Source: Camelus ferus (lineage: Eukaryota). Taken from it: a stretch of DNA of 64,000 nucleotides. This document shows, piece by piece, positions 26,701-40,779 of this stretch. Each line of letters starts with the position of its first letter. Within the stretch, counting starts at the first letter, position 1. The position numbers were made by a program, and so were the translations under genes. The notes beneath the pieces were generated by a model. It saw only the letters and a list, made by a program, of their open reading frames with translations, did not search any database and was not told the origin of the DNA. Where the stretch lies: contig NC_045696.1 in NCBI RefSeq assembly GCF_009834535.1, positions 28,646,001 to 28,710,000 on the forward strand, written 5' to 3'.

Positions 26701-29453
26701 CTATAGGAAAACAAATTATAAAAACAAAACAAAACAAAACATGAGGACTAGGCTTTAGTGTTTTGGGGTCTGGGCTCCCTTGGACAAGGGGAGATTTAAT
26801 AGCATTTTATATGCATCACAAATGTCTGACCTTTAAAACAGCTCCACGCTGGCCTTGGTTCCTGAGACCTGTGTCTTTTGTAGGCATTTCAATAGATCTA
26901 TTCCCTGAAGAAGGAAACAGCTTTCATGTCTTCATTATAAAACCAAGGAGGAGCCAGATGCCTAAAATATTTTTTGTACTCAGCCTCTTCCATTGGATGT
27001 GATGCTCTATGAGTGCAAAATTATGCCTGATTATATTTCTAGACTCTGGTACTGCACCTCACATACATGAAGAATACAACAAATCTTATCAATGAATAAA
27101 TAAAGCATTATTTGAATGCTGCTTATGTGTAAACTTTTTATCCTATGTCTATCCTTAGAGTCACCTCAATTAATCCTTAAAGTATTTAGATACACATTTA
27201 TCATTCTTATAATACATACATTTGCTTCAATGAATAGCACATGGATGTATAAATTAGAAGTCAGAAGCTTCATGTATTCAACACTGTTTTCATTCCACAG
27301 ACCTAATGTACTTTGAAACCACGAACAGTTTTTAACTCAGTAACTTCTAATTAGTTTTTTGAACAACAAAAGAGAAATTGAAGGGTAATTGAATTTATCC
27401 AATTTGAGTGTTCACATCTCAAGAGACAGGGCAGGAGCAAGTACTAAAGAGAAAATCAGAATAAAAACATTAAGGGAAGAAGCATGACACCACCAATTTT
27501 TTTCATGTGAGACATTTTATGGCATAAATCTGTTTTCACACAATATGTTCAATAGTTTTCATTCCAAACTAAAGCACATTAACTTTTAATCATACATAAA
27601 ATGTCAGTTCTTAGCCAAAGAACAGAAAAATTCTTTATAAAACTTACCCTGATAAATTAAGGCCTGATGTTAACTCTGCCAAACCCTCTAGCAGAATTAC
27701 TTTAACATAACTAAAAGAAAGAAATTACAGTTCAAAAAATTGGTAAAAGACGTTTTAGTTTTGACTTTTTTCTCTGTGACTTACTTTAAAAAAGAAAATT
27801 GGGAGAAAGGGAGTCTGTAAAATGCATTGCTTTACAAACTAAAGTTCGCACTAATAATCAAGTATATATAATAGACTAAGATAAAATAGATTTTAAAATA
27901 TGTTGTAAAATATTTTTTCTCTCCTACCATGCATCCTATTTTAAGTAAGAATCTCATTAAAAATTAAAAATGTTATTTATGCAACAAAGTTAAAGATTTA
28001 TAATTTCTGGATGGGCAGGACAATGCTGTTTTTAACTAAGAATCTTAAAAGAAAGAGAGTAAGGCATTTGGCTTCTATTGAACAAGTGTTTATTACTGAT
28101 GTTTTTTAAAAAGCTATTTATGCAAATAGGTTTGAAGAATTTTTAAATGGGCAATAAAATTAATCAGAATCATAAAATAATGTTCAGGGAAAATAATCAT
28201 TAAAACCAGAACCATTGCGGTTATAAAGAGTCAATAGAACAGTCTGCAAATTGGTAATTTTATTTCTCAATGATCTTAATTTGTGTGAGGCATAAATACC
28301 ACCACATCTCATCTCATCATGCTGGGCTTAACACCAACGCATGAGTGAACACTAGTGTTCTTTTCCCAAATTGCTTTTTTCATTCTTGTGTTCTTTAAAA
28401 TGACAGTTCTTGAATATGGTTTAAGTATCCCTTTCTCTATGAAGCCTTGCATTTTGAACATCTTCACTTAAATCCCCGCCCCAAACCACATGTTCCCTTA
28501 CCCATAATAAGCTGCCTTCTGCCACTCCCCCCGAGCGCCCGTAACACTACTATCGCAGCCCTACATTATGTTTGCGTGAACTCTTCTTCTCCAGCCCCAC
28601 AAACCACCAAAGTCATCTTTGGATCATGTTCTTGCTCTGCGCCTATTCCGAAGTAGGCACTTCGGACATGTTGAGCATTTTAATCTATGATATAAAATCT
28701 GAGTTAGTGAACAGTTTCTACACTTATAGTGAAGGAAATCTACATTTGTGTCCATAGGCTATTTCTTTTAGAGTACTTCATTAGTTCCATTTTGAATATG
28801 TGAAATAGATTATGTCACTTTGACACAAGGTTTTTTGTTTATTGTTTTTTTTTTTTAATATCTACAAGGCTGACTTTAAACCATGAGCAGCAAAGTTATG
28901 CGCTGAAAGGGATAAGAAAACCAGCACAACTGAAGTAAAATAATAAAAAATGAATGAAAAAGCCTCGTACGGGATACGCAGTAGTGGGGGTTATGGCCAA
29001 ATAACGTTCATTTTTAGCATTCTAAAGGGGGCAGGCACTATTCATTTTCAGACAATTGTTGCACAGAAAGAGCATATTTTTGTGTATCCTGATTTTTTAA
29101 TTAGAAATTAGATCTTACATTAATTAGTTTGGCTCTCACTCATGATGTATTAATGACAATTCTTCCTTCATTTATTTTTCTTATGCAACTTCTCAAATTT
29201 AGGCTGTTACTGGCGCCCATCTAAACTGAATGACCTTCTTAGCTATTCACGCTAAAAGAGGAAAGATGTAAATATCTTGAGTCTCCAAGGTCAGGCTTCT
29301 GTTGAACATCCTCTCACTTTCTATCATCAGTGAGAGAAATCCAATGCACCTCAGCCTGGAATTCAGAAGTCTAACGCCAGTCACCTAATTCAGATAAACA
29401 TGTTGTCAGACTTCATAATTTGTAGTGAACAATCAGTAAAAGCATTGTGTTGT

Positions 29454-29919
29454 TGTAGGGGTAGAAATTTTTTTCTTTTTCTCTTCTAGATTCTTTGAGG
29501 GGGTCTAATAATTAAATTGACAAAACAGATTAACAGGAGAAAAGCAACTACTGTGCACATGGGAGCCCCATATAAATATGAGACTCAAAGGCAGTCTGGC
29601 AATTAATCTGCCACTCGAAGTGAAGGGATGGGACAGAGCCTGGAGCTTCCGAGGGCTGGAGGGTAATCCACAGGAAAATAAGAACAGATGTTTGGTAATC
29701 AGATGTTTGTCTGACCATGCAGGTCATTCTTTCAGATAAAAAAGTTATCTCTGCTACTAGCTCTGTCTCTGGGCTAGGCCTCCTATCAAAACTCTTTTAG
29801 GCAGTTAAGGTAGAGGTCAAAGTTCTTCCCGAGTCTGCTAGACCCTGACAGCCTTCAGCTTGAAATAATCCACACACCAAAGTAGCATATTCTAAGGAGT
29901 TATATTCTGCACTCCACCC
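29454..29919 (-). mobile_element. ERV1 solo LTR (MER34/MER31-like)
   Basis: Minus strand opens cagaatataactccttagaatatgctactttggtgtgtggattatttcaagctgaaggc and closes ttctaccccctaCA; 4-bp TSD ttgt at 29450-29453 and 29920-29923. Confidence 0.75.
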
Positions 29920-31649
29920 TTGTCTTTGAGTCGGTAAAGCACTCTCTTAAATGAAATCTGCAAGGAGACTTAAAGATTAACTTAAGATACTACATACTTG
30001 ATTAGTTGAGGGTCTGATTGAACACATCTACTATTCGATTCATGAATTCCTTTTCACATATTAAACACATTAATTCTATAGACTGAAAGAGCAAAACTGT
30101 ATTTTACGTTTTCTGACTGTTTAGATAGAGATTACATGAGTCTTTTTAATAATTAAAAGAAATTATTCCAAGTAATAATTTGCACTGAATAATTTCAGGA
30201 AGGGTCTGAGGAAGTAGAGCACCTCTTGCTTTTCCTTATTGAAGATAAATTAGAATCAGAATCTTACACTGTAAAGTGCGCTCTTTTATCCACATGTCAT
30301 CCTTTTTCCCTTGGTCTCTCATAACCAGAATATAAATGTTCAACTCCCTCTACATTGTCTTACTGATCAGTTTTAGTTCAGTGCTCTGATAATTCACAGC
30401 ATTGGACTTCATCAAATCTTGGTCTGAAAATTTTATTATCACCAATAATTTCTATTAATTTTATCCAAAGCCAAATAACATTTTATTCTAAACTTTTCTA
30501 TTGATAAGAATGAAAAGCTTTCTCACTATTTTACTAACATGCCTGACAGGTACTCGTATCTTCATGCTTCTTCTTTCTAACCCTAACTTCTCCTTAATTT
30601 ATACACTATGAAACATGGAAACTCTTTTAATATTTTTGAAACCTCTTCCAGGTCATAATAATCCATTTTCCTGAACTCTTTGCATCATGTTGTATTCCAT
30701 TGTTTGGAATTTTTAGTCATTTTCCCCCCCTAAACTTGCTATTAGTAACCAGCATAAGAACAATTTTTTTTCTCTTATATGTGTTATAATTAGCATAGTA
30801 CCTTGAATATTATAATTGGTCAATAATGTTATAGAAAGAGGTACCAGTAAAGTTAGGCTGGTATTGTAACTTGGAACATAAAATTTGACCAAGGCTTCCA
30901 GTAATTCAAAACAGAAATGGAGGACAGTTATTATAATACTTTCATTATCTAATAAAAGGAAGTAAATGAATTCATAAGGAGAGGGAAAACACACTTTTGC
31001 TGGCTCTAAATGTAAAGAGAAATTCATTAGGTAAATTTTTTTTTAAAACAACCTAATGGGCATGCTTTTAACAGCATATTAGACTGACTTTTCATCTTGT
31101 TTCTTGTGTCTATCCAGAATAAAACAATACACGTAACATAGAATCAAATTTCCATGAGGGAATCTCTATGGGATTAAAATTATATTACAGCATAGGTTTG
31201 AAGAGTTCTTGCTGTGAGGAATAAACATTGAATGATTTTATATACCTGAAAGAGTAGAACTGTAGGTAGCATAGGAAATTGAAATACTTTCTAGGTAGGT
31301 TGGTGTAAATGATAAAGCAAAGGTATTTGGATTTAACTATGGGGAAAAAAAATCAAAGAACTGCAACGTGAGAGACACATGATTAGACTTGTATTTTACA
31401 AATTGTACCACTACTTCTAGCTGCATGTATTTATCCTATTGAAATCACACTGATATATTTCAAAGACTTCTGAAGAAGCAAAGCTTGACTGAAAAGCATA
31501 AATTTGTGACCATCAGTTAGGAATTGGTTACATACGATAACGTAGATCCATATTAATAAATACTCTACAGAACAGCAAAATAAGGAAGATTTATGTTTAC
31601 AGGTAAAGAAAGATCTGCAAAATATGTTAATAAAAGAAAGAGATTCAAT

Positions 31650-32620
31650 CTCTGTTTTTTGCCCCAGGATATAGAATTCTGGAAGCAGGATGATCCACAT
31701 TGTGAAAGAATGAGCCTGACTAATTTTTCAACTTTTTTTTTAACCCCCTGGGGATCTGAGTTTAAAGAGTAACCAACTGGCCCAAAATCTACACAGAGAT
31801 GGTACCGAGAGGGAGAGAGAGAGAGAGAGAGAGGGTATGTAAGAGGTGAACTAGAAAATCTCACACACTGGTTAAGACCGAGTGTGGACTGCAGAGCAGT
31901 ATGAAATCCTGAAGTCGCAGAAATCCACAGTTGGGAGAATCCATGACTCTTTGACAGCTCTTTCTCCACGAACCCTCTAGAGACACAGAAAAGCTTGGAA
32001 AGATTTGTAAATTAGACTTGTAAAGGAGAGTGGCAGCCGTGGAAAAGATCCCCACCAGGAAAGTGGTCCAGTCTTCACTACAGAATGGAAGCCCCATCAG
32101 GTTCCTATGGTAAGAATCTGAGAAAGATCTGTGCTTGGCTCTGGCAGGAAAGGTGAAGGACAGTCGTTGTGAAATACACATAGAGTTTTCTCTGTGAAAA
32201 AGGCCAATTTTCCAGGGCCAGAGTCACAGCCACAGCTAATCTCTTCTGAGAATGAGAATTCTTCTGTGTCCAGCTCCTTCCAGCTTTTCTGTCTGACCTA
32301 AGGGAAGAAGACTACACTATCAGCAGGGGTCAGATGTTCAAGGAAATAGACTGGAAACCCTGAAACCAGGAACTGATTAGGGGAAAAAAAACTACAGCAC
32401 TGGACAAACTCCTGTGAGTGCCAGAGACCAGAGGCACGGCCGCCAACGCCGTACCACCACTCCGGCGGGGCTCTAGGATCACAACAATGGATTACGACAG
32501 ACAGAGTTGCCTGACAAAGACGCTCTTGGAGGAGGAACACATGGGAAGGCCACCATCAGCAGGGGACCTTGAAGAATGTGAAACTTCTGGCACCTATAAA
32601 TTTCCATAGCTGTCTGATGA
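31650..32620 (+). mobile_element. Old L1M 5' UTR fragment
   Basis: ctgtgcttggctctggcagg, accaccac...gggctctaggatcacaacaatggattac, gaaacttctggcacctata resemble L1MD/L1MC 5' region motifs. Confidence 0.6.
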
Positions 32621-32774
32621 ATGGCATGGAAATATAAAATGGCAAAAAAAAAAAAAAATAGTAACTATATCCTTAGTTCTTACTACGTTCAAAGTGACAG
32701 TCTGAAGGCTGTTTTAATCCTGTTTCTACGACTAATTTGTTTATATTGTTGATTTCCTGGTCTCTGACACCCTC

Positions 32775-32975
32775 ATTTTCCAGTTGGCACTTGGGGCAGG
32801 CTGATTCTTAGCTGTGAGGTACTTTCCTGAGCACTGCAAGGTTTATTAGCACACAGGGCCATCTGGACACTCAGTTCTCCCAGACCTGCTAGTCATTGTG
32901 ATAGCCCAGATTGCCACCTTCTATTTTTTTTTTAAATGCTATTCGAAAGGAAACTTTCCTTGAGTTGAGTGTTAT
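32775..32975. mobile_element. MER20-like hAT MITE remnant
   Basis: ttggggcaggctgattcttagctgtgaggtactttcctgagcactgcaaggtttattagca...agtcattgtgatagccca. Confidence 0.55.
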
Positions 32976-33914
32976 ATCCAGTTCTAAAATTAAGAAATTA
33001 TAATAGTTTAAATGATTTTTGCACTCAATAAAATCAAACCCTTGTAATTTCAACACCAATAATGTTTTACAGGTATGGAAGTATCCTTGCTTGTGTCATC
33101 CAGGACCTATTTTATCTGAATTATGAAGTACTTGGAATTAGCAGTAGCTGTGTTTTTTTTTTTTTTTCCCTGACTAGCACCGATTATTCTACTTCTAGCG
33201 ACGTAGGCTACCTGGAAGATAGAGAAATTATAATGTAGAGTAGTGATAACTGACAGTCCAAATAAAAAGAAAGAATAAAATAAAGTAATAGAAAGAATGT
33301 GTTACCAAGGTTAATTTGTACTAATTTACACTTACAAAGCACCAAAGAGCAAGTTCTATTATCATAATCAACATAACATAATTGTCTTATGTCTATTAGT
33401 AATCACTCAATATCATTATTATTTCTAAATTAGACAGCAAGTCATGAGCGGCTTATTTCATTTTAACTACAAATTCTTAACAATTTTATATTATTTCTCT
33501 TAAAATAATGCCACATTATAGTGATAAGTAAGTATGTATATGCATATATAAAATATTATGACCATATTCATTTCCTGAATTCATATTTATCATGTGGAAT
33601 CCTTTTTATTTACACCTAGGAGTAGCAGTGAGGATTCTCTGAACATCTGCTAGAGCTTCTAACTAGGTTCAATGAGAGGAGCTCTCATATAAACAATATT
33701 ATAATGCATCTTTGGTCAAATGAAAAACTTTTGATTATCTTTATCAGCACATTAGTAAAATTTAGTGTTAATTCTTCACTCCACACGATATATTGAGGGC
33801 CTATCATATAACAGGGATTCTGTTATTGCTGAGAGAATATTGTGAATCTAACATACACAATGTGAGCCTCATTGAACATACTATTCGGTGATGGAGACAG
33901 ACAATTAAATATAC

Positions 33915-34075
33915 AGTTTTTTAAAAAAACACCTTTATTGTGGTATGTTTCTTGTACAGTAAACTACACATATTTCAAATGGACAATTTGTTGAATTTTG
34001 ATAGACGTATACACCCATGAAACCACTGGATGGGTACCACAATCAAGATAGCTAACATTTCCATCACTCCCCAAG
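33915..34075 (-). mobile_element. Old L1M 3' terminus
   Basis: ctttattgtggtatg...tatacacccatgaaacca...accacaatcaagatagctaacatttccatcactcccca. Confidence 0.75.
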
Positions 34076-34079
34076 AGGT

Positions 34080-34236
34080 GAAATTTTCAAACTCCCAATA
34101 TATCCCTTCCTATCCCCTTTACCCACTGGTAATCATAAGTTTGGTTCTCTATGTTTGTGAGTCTGTTTCTGTTTTATAGATAAGTTCCTTTCTGTCTTTT
34201 TTTTTAGATTCTACATATAAACGATATCATATTGTT
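34080..34236 (-). mobile_element. Young artiodactyl-type L1 3' UTR internal fragment
   Basis: caaactcccaatatatcccttcc...ctctatgtttgtgagtctgtttctgtttt...ttttagattctacatataaacgatatcata. Confidence 0.8.
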
Positions 34237-37200
34237 TTAAAGTGACTATCATTACATTGTCTGATTTTCAGGGTGCTATGGGACCACACAGGATATCAGA
34301 AAAAAAGGAAGTGAAAAACCAGAAGGATAGAATATAAAAGAGAAGAAGCTATTTCCTAAGGCTGTAGTGTGAAATGCAGGTCTGACAGTGAAAGATGAGG
34401 CTAGAGAGGAAAGCAAACTCCAAAGCCTGAAGTGTCCCTCAGTCTCTGAAGACGTGTTTGTCCTTCACACTTTCAGAAAAGTAGGAAGTCATTGAAGGAC
34501 TTTAGAGAAAGGGCATGACCCTTTAAATTTAGATCTCTTAGACTTTAGAAAGACCCCTCCAAGTATAGTGTGGAAAACATTATAATAAATTAAAAAAAAA
34601 AATTAAACTACAACAGTTCAAATTCTTTAAACTGTTGCAACTATACAATTTTATTTAACCTATTAATATGTTATAAACTGCTAACATCATAAAACTTTAT
34701 ACAATGGAGTATTTGAAATACTCTGTTTCCTTGTGGTGCTTTTCTATCCCCTGACTCCTTTCCTTTCATAAAGTCAATTATCTTCCTTGTGTTTTATTGT
34801 ATAGCTGTTAGGCTGAGAAATTCTTATGAGGAAAGTCTTAATCATCAAACCTTGGATGTCTTCGTTTTCTGTGACAAGGTTAAGCCATTGCCATCATAGA
34901 TCACTGTGAAATTCAAGGCTGGTTGACCATGAATCCTTGGCCACAATAACTGGGGCAGGGAAGGAATGTTGATTGAACTGAGCTCTCTCCTATATGGTAT
35001 TTAAACTCCTAATCTTAATGGTTGTAGTAGAGACCTGAGTCATATGATTGGTAGATGGAAAGACGAATGTTCTTCAAAGGTATTATATTAAAGTCTTTGG
35101 AACAGTATATGATTATAATCATCTTAGGATGAGTTTGTCAACTCTTCCTTGGATTTGATACGATGTGAAGTATTCTTAAAATAAATACATTTTCCTTGAG
35201 CTATTTTGATTTTTTGATTAGCTTTATGTTTCTTAGAAACAAAGTTATATACCTTCTATGTTATCAAAGTAATCATTTGAGAAACAAAAGAATTTGAGGT
35301 CTGCTAGTACTAAAATATCTAGCACACCGGCATTTCTTTACTGAGCAGAAATATTTTTTGTGCTCAGTCAACTTTCTTAACATATACCTGTTAGGTTTTA
35401 ATACCTGTTTGGATGATTTCATCTGTATAAACAGATGATCCTAATTCACCAAATTTCAAAATTTGGGGAAAAAAATCACCTACTAGAGGCTCTGAGATAG
35501 GATAATAGTTAATTTAGCAGCTCATTGATATCATTAATATTAAGAATCTACATCTCTCTTTTTGTGCCCTCAACATGTGTTCTCTTTTTGTGTTTTCAAC
35601 ATGCCAACTGTATCCACACATTGTTCCAACACTGCTGCAGTAGCTATGATCATCTCATTCTCCCGTAACAATACCGTATTTCTGGAATACATGATGCTAC
35701 TTAGAAATATCTACATTTAAAGAAATAATTTAGAACCTAAATTCTAAGTTCTAACTTAGAAATTAGAATCTAGGATACAGAAGCATTTTTAAGATCATCA
35801 AATATAACATTCTCCTTTAAAGATCTGAAACTGTATCTCCCAAATTTTTACTTAAATTAATGGCTTCCTGGCCAATAAATTCTTGTATACATAAACAAAA
35901 AGTGTGAAAGGGGATTGGCTAGAGTTTGGTTCAAGGAATAAAAAAGGCAGACTGTGTGTTGAAAGATTTGTCCTCCAAGGTACTGAGTCATGGGTAGTGA
36001 TGGTGGGTCGTAGGGATGAGGGAGATAGGGAGTTGAGAAAGACAACAGATATATTTAATCAGCTCAATGATATCAATTTGCACTTGGCACCATGGTGTTT
36101 TATCTTTTGTATGTGTTCATTTCTAACTCTGAGATATCAAATTCATGTGGAACGTCCCTCAGGCCGCTGGAAGAATGTTTCATTCAAAATTCAAATTCTG
36201 GGAGGACTGCACTTGAAGACTTGGTTCCTGTTTGTTGGAAATTTACAATAAAATTGGGAATACAGAACTAACACAACTTATTGCTAATAATTATGGGTAA
36301 AGTGCTACAGAATTCTTGAATTCAAAATGTGCCCCACAGAGTTTTAAAATTTGAAAAGTCACTTGGAGATAAAGGCTACCGTTACTTCATTTGGGCACTG
36401 ATGTTTTAACCAAAGTGGCATCTCCCCCCTATTTTACATACTGAGTCTCCAACAAAGATTGTATTTGAAGAAAAAGAGACAGTCACAAAATTTTGTAAAC
36501 AAGGAACTAGAAAGTTACGGAGGAGTGGTATTTAAAGTAAGGCATAGAAAGTTTGCTCATATTACTGTAATGTTACATTTTATTTTTCTACTTTTTCCCT
36601 CATGGCACCAATGCAATGTAAGATTGTATGTGTAATGTATATACACAATATCTATGTATCTTTTGATATGAACATCATAAGTAGAAAAACAACCTTGCTT
36701 TCATATTAGTGAAAACAACACCTTCATAATAATAGCAAATATTGTTCACGTAACATTCTTAGCCTTTTTAGAAATCAAGTTTATACATAGGCAGCTTCTC
36801 TCTCTTATTTTATATTCAAAGTTCCCTTTTGTAGTTTCTTCTTTATGCCGGTTGAATGTATTATATCTATGCATAAGATAAAAGAAATCTTCAGTCAAGA
36901 TTTTTTATTTTCTAGCCATCTCCTCTATTTGACCACAACAAGAGTAGTGAAATCAATCTTGAGGGGAATTTCAAAGCTAAAGTAGCCAATATAATATGCT
37001 CTCTGAGATCAGTTGAAGCTATCCTTCACTTGTTCTCCTTTTCTATTTCACTTTGTACCTCTTGGTTGTTGCTGAGCTGAATCCTAAGTGTCAATTTGGA
37101 AATCTGCTTTTCATTTTTGACTATCCTGATATAAGAGCAGTTAATTTTGGAGAAAGAAATACTTGCTCCATTGAATGCAGATGGTCCGTTCACTGCTGTT

Positions 37201-37261
37201 AGTACTCTGTATGAACGATTATTCTGAAATATTATTTTAAAATGCCATTTTATTTAACTAA

Positions 37262-38750
37262 TTTTTTAAAAAATTGACTTTATTTTTAGAGCAGTTTCAG
37301 GTTCACAGCAAAATTGAGGGGCAGGGACAGAGCTACCCCATGTACTCTCAGCTCCCACACATGCATAGCCTTCCCAGTTATGAACATTCCCCCATCAGAG
37401 TGGTACCTCTGTTACAACTGATGAACCTACGTTCATACATCATAATCATCCGAAGTGCATAGTTTACATTGTGGTTCACTCTCAGTGTTGTACATTCTAT
37501 GGGTTTTGACAAATCTGTAATGATGAAGCCATCATGACAGTATCATATGGAACATCTTTCACTGCCCTAAAAATCCTTCTGTGCCTCACCTAATCTTCTA
37601 ACCCTGCTCTCTAAAATCCTGGCAACCACTTATCTTTTACTCTCTCTAAAGTTTTCCCTTTTCCATGTCATATGATTCAAATCATACACGATGTAGCCTT
37701 TTCAGATTGCCTTTTTTCACTAGTAATGTACATTTCAGCTTCTTGCATGTCTTTTCATGGCTTGATAGCTTTTTTTTAGCTCTGACTAATATTCCATTGT
37801 CTTGATGTACCACATTTTATACACCTATTCACCTACTGAAGGACATCTTAGCTGCACCCAAGTTTTGGCAATTATAAATAAAGTCGATATAAACATCTTG
37901 TGAATGTTTTTGTCTGGACATAAACTTTCAGCTCCTCTGGGATCAATACCCAAGGAGTGCCATTGCTGGACTTGTTTGATAAGAGTATGTTTTGTTTTGT
38001 GGGAAACCACTAAAATGTCTTCCAGAGTGGCTGTAACATTTCGCATTCCTGCTGGCAATGCATGAGTGTGTCTGTTACTCCATCACCTGGCCAGCATTTG
38101 GTGTCGTCAGTGTTCCAGGTTTTGGTCATTCTAGTAAGTGTGTAGTGGTATTTCATTGTTGTTCTAATTTGTATATCCCTGATGAAACGTGGCATGAACC
38201 ATTTTTTCACATGGCAGTATATTTTCTTTACTGAGGTGTCTGTTGAGGTTTTGGCTTATTTTTTTTTTTTTTAAATCAGGTTGTCTTCTTATTGTTGACT
38301 TTTAAAAGTTCTTTGTATATTTTGGATAGCAGTCCTTTATCAGATGTGTCTTTTATAAATATTTTCTCCAAGTCTGTAGCTTGTTTTCTCATTGCCGTGA
38401 CACTGTTTTGCAAAGCATATGTTTTTAGTTAATGAAGCTAGCTTATCAGTTACTTCTTGCATGGTCTATGCCTTTGGTGATATACCTCAAAAGGCATCAC
38501 CATATCCAAGGCCACCTGGATTTCTCCTATGTCCTAGAAGTTTTGTAGTTTTAGCTTTTGCATTTAGAACTGTGATCCACCTAGAGTTAATTGTGAAGAT
38601 GTTAAGTTCTGTGTCTAGATTATTATTTTTTTTTTAGCATGTGGATATCCAGTCATTTCAGCATTATTTGTTGAAAAGACTACCTTTGCTATCTATGCTT
38701 CAGTTTTTGTCTTTGCTCTCTTGTCAAAGATCAGAATTCCTAACTCCTTT
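37262..38750 (-). mobile_element. L1MC1/2-like 3' fragment (3' UTR plus ORF2 C-terminal remnant)
   Basis: gactttatttttagagcagtttcaggttcacagcaaaattgag; minus-strand ORFs 37825-38210 give L1 ORF2-like peptides (IRDIQIRTTMKYHYT, MFISTLFIIAKTWVQLRCPS). Confidence 0.9.
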
Positions 38751-38754
38751 CACA

Positions 38755-39300
38755 GGAGAATTGTATTCAAAACCAGGATATCTCAGGCTTCTTGCTACTG
38801 GATTGTCTCTGATTCCAGGATATATATGTATACATATATATACACACATACACACAAACACACATATACATACACCTATTTCTGTATCTGTGCAAATATA
38901 TATATGCATATATATTTTTATATATTTCCATACTGATGTCTCCAACTCTAGTCCCATACCACAGGTTTCATACTAGTCTTCCCTTCTTACTTATCTATAG
39001 CTTCCCTCTCTAACTGACACATTTAGCTCCCTTTTTCCAGCACCCATTAACTTGTTAATTCATTCTCAGTATACCTCCAAAGCAGGTTCAGAATTGCTAA
39101 TTCAAACCCCTATGAGAAATTTATCAGATGCGGTGCTATGTACCATTCCTTTTGTCTTTATCCTTAGATTTCCCATCAAAACACTATTTTCAAAAGTTAC
39201 TTAGGTCAAATCCTTTTCCTTGCCCACTGGCTTTCAGCTTTTTCCTGAACTTCATCTATCACAAAGCATTTTCTTTAATTATGAGAAATCTTGCATCTGA
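38755..39300 (-). mobile_element. L1MD-like 3' UTR fragment
   Basis: ccatactgatgtctccaactctagtccc...cagaattgctaattcaaacccctatgagaaa, with an embedded (TA/CA)n tract. Confidence 0.6.
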
Positions 39301-39829
39301 TTACTTCAAACAACAACACATTGTGAAAAAATAGTATATTAACTAAGAGGGTGTCAATATCATTTCTCTATTTTCTAGGTGGGAATGAAGTAATTTTCAT
39401 CAAAGCACATACTTTCAACCAGAACAGATGGTGCTATGTGGTTCAGGTACTGACTAATTTTTACACTTTAGGGAACTGATGACAGTCATAGCCAAGTATG
39501 GCTAAGCTGTGAGTGAGTATGCCCTGATTCAGTAAGCATGTTTTTTTTCTGCAGTATATGATTATTAATCATCCACTTCTATTCTTCTATCATCTAATTC
39601 TGAACTGTATGGAAGAGCTAGTACCATATACTAGGATTTTTATTCTATTGCATGCGATATTATTTTAAGAAATTCCTCAGTTGTCTTTTGACGTCATGTC
39701 ATACTGATTTACAATTGATTGATTGTTACATAATGGTATAATTCTTAATGTTTTAATTGTCTTATTCCACAAATATTGGTAGGTTATCTAAGAAGTGCAA
39801 TATTTATTTAATAGTTTTCTATTAATAAA

Positions 39830-40362
39830 AAATTATTTTCTATCGGTGTGTAGCAAAATACTACAAATTTAGCAGCTTAAAAGAACACCTACATACTATC
39901 TTACAGCTTCCGTGTGGCAGGTCTTTTTCTCAGGGTTTCACAAGGCTACAATAAAGGTGTCATCTGGGCTGCATGCTCATCTGAAGACTCAACAAGGGAA
40001 GAACCCACTTCCAAGTTAATACAGGGAGTTGGCTGGATTTATTTCCTTGTGGCAGTATGAATGAGGGCCTTGACTTTTTATTGACTATTGACCTGTGGTC
40101 ACTCTCAGATAGATCCTAGAGGCAGCCCCTACACTGTGTTACAAAGTGGCCCTCTCCAAAGGCAGTTTCCTTCTTCCTCAAGACCAGCCAGAAGATTGTT
40201 TCTTCCATGTTGCTAAGACTTACTTAAGAGTAAGATAAAATAATCACGGGATTGACATCCACACCTTTTGTAATATTCCACTGCTGACAAGAAAGTTTTA
40301 AGCCCTGTTCCTAATCAAGGTCACTCAGGCAAAGGGGGATCACGTCAGGGTGTGTCTACTTC
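39830..40362 (-). mobile_element. MaLR solo LTR (MLT1F-like)
   Basis: caaaatactacaaatttagcagcttaaaagaacac...ctcagggtttcacaaggctacaataaaggtgtcatctgggctgc. Confidence 0.8.
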
Positions 40363-40779
40363 AGAGGTGTTGCCGATGTTAGGATAAATGTAAAATATAT
40401 ATTTTCATTACTTGTAAGTTTTCTGTTTAGTGTGGCAGCAGAAAACTGCAAAGTAAACAAGACCTAAAAATAGTTACAAATATCAATATGTTATAAAGCA
40501 GAAGTAAACAGACTGCTAAGAAAGAAATTAATGTAGACAAATCTATTTCAGATAGACTACTATGGAATGGCATTTTGGAGGCCAGACATCTTTCTAAGAA
40601 CCACAAGCTAAAGGATGAGAAAGAGCTATCTATGAGAAGAGCAAGAAAGGGGGAAGGGACAGAATATTTCAGACAGAGGAAATAGTGTGATCTTTGAAGT
40701 AGGGGGAAAAAGTGACTTGCTTCCAAAGCTACAATAAGGAATGTGCACTGTAGGTATAATGAAAAAAGGGGCATGGATA

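Noticed and set aside
35340..35368. Hairpin actgagca...tgctcagt
   Set aside because: 8-bp perfect stem, too short for a pre-miRNA and plausible by chance.
37825..38210. ORFs with protein-like content
   Set aside because: They are broken L1 ORF2 C-terminal remnants, not a host gene.
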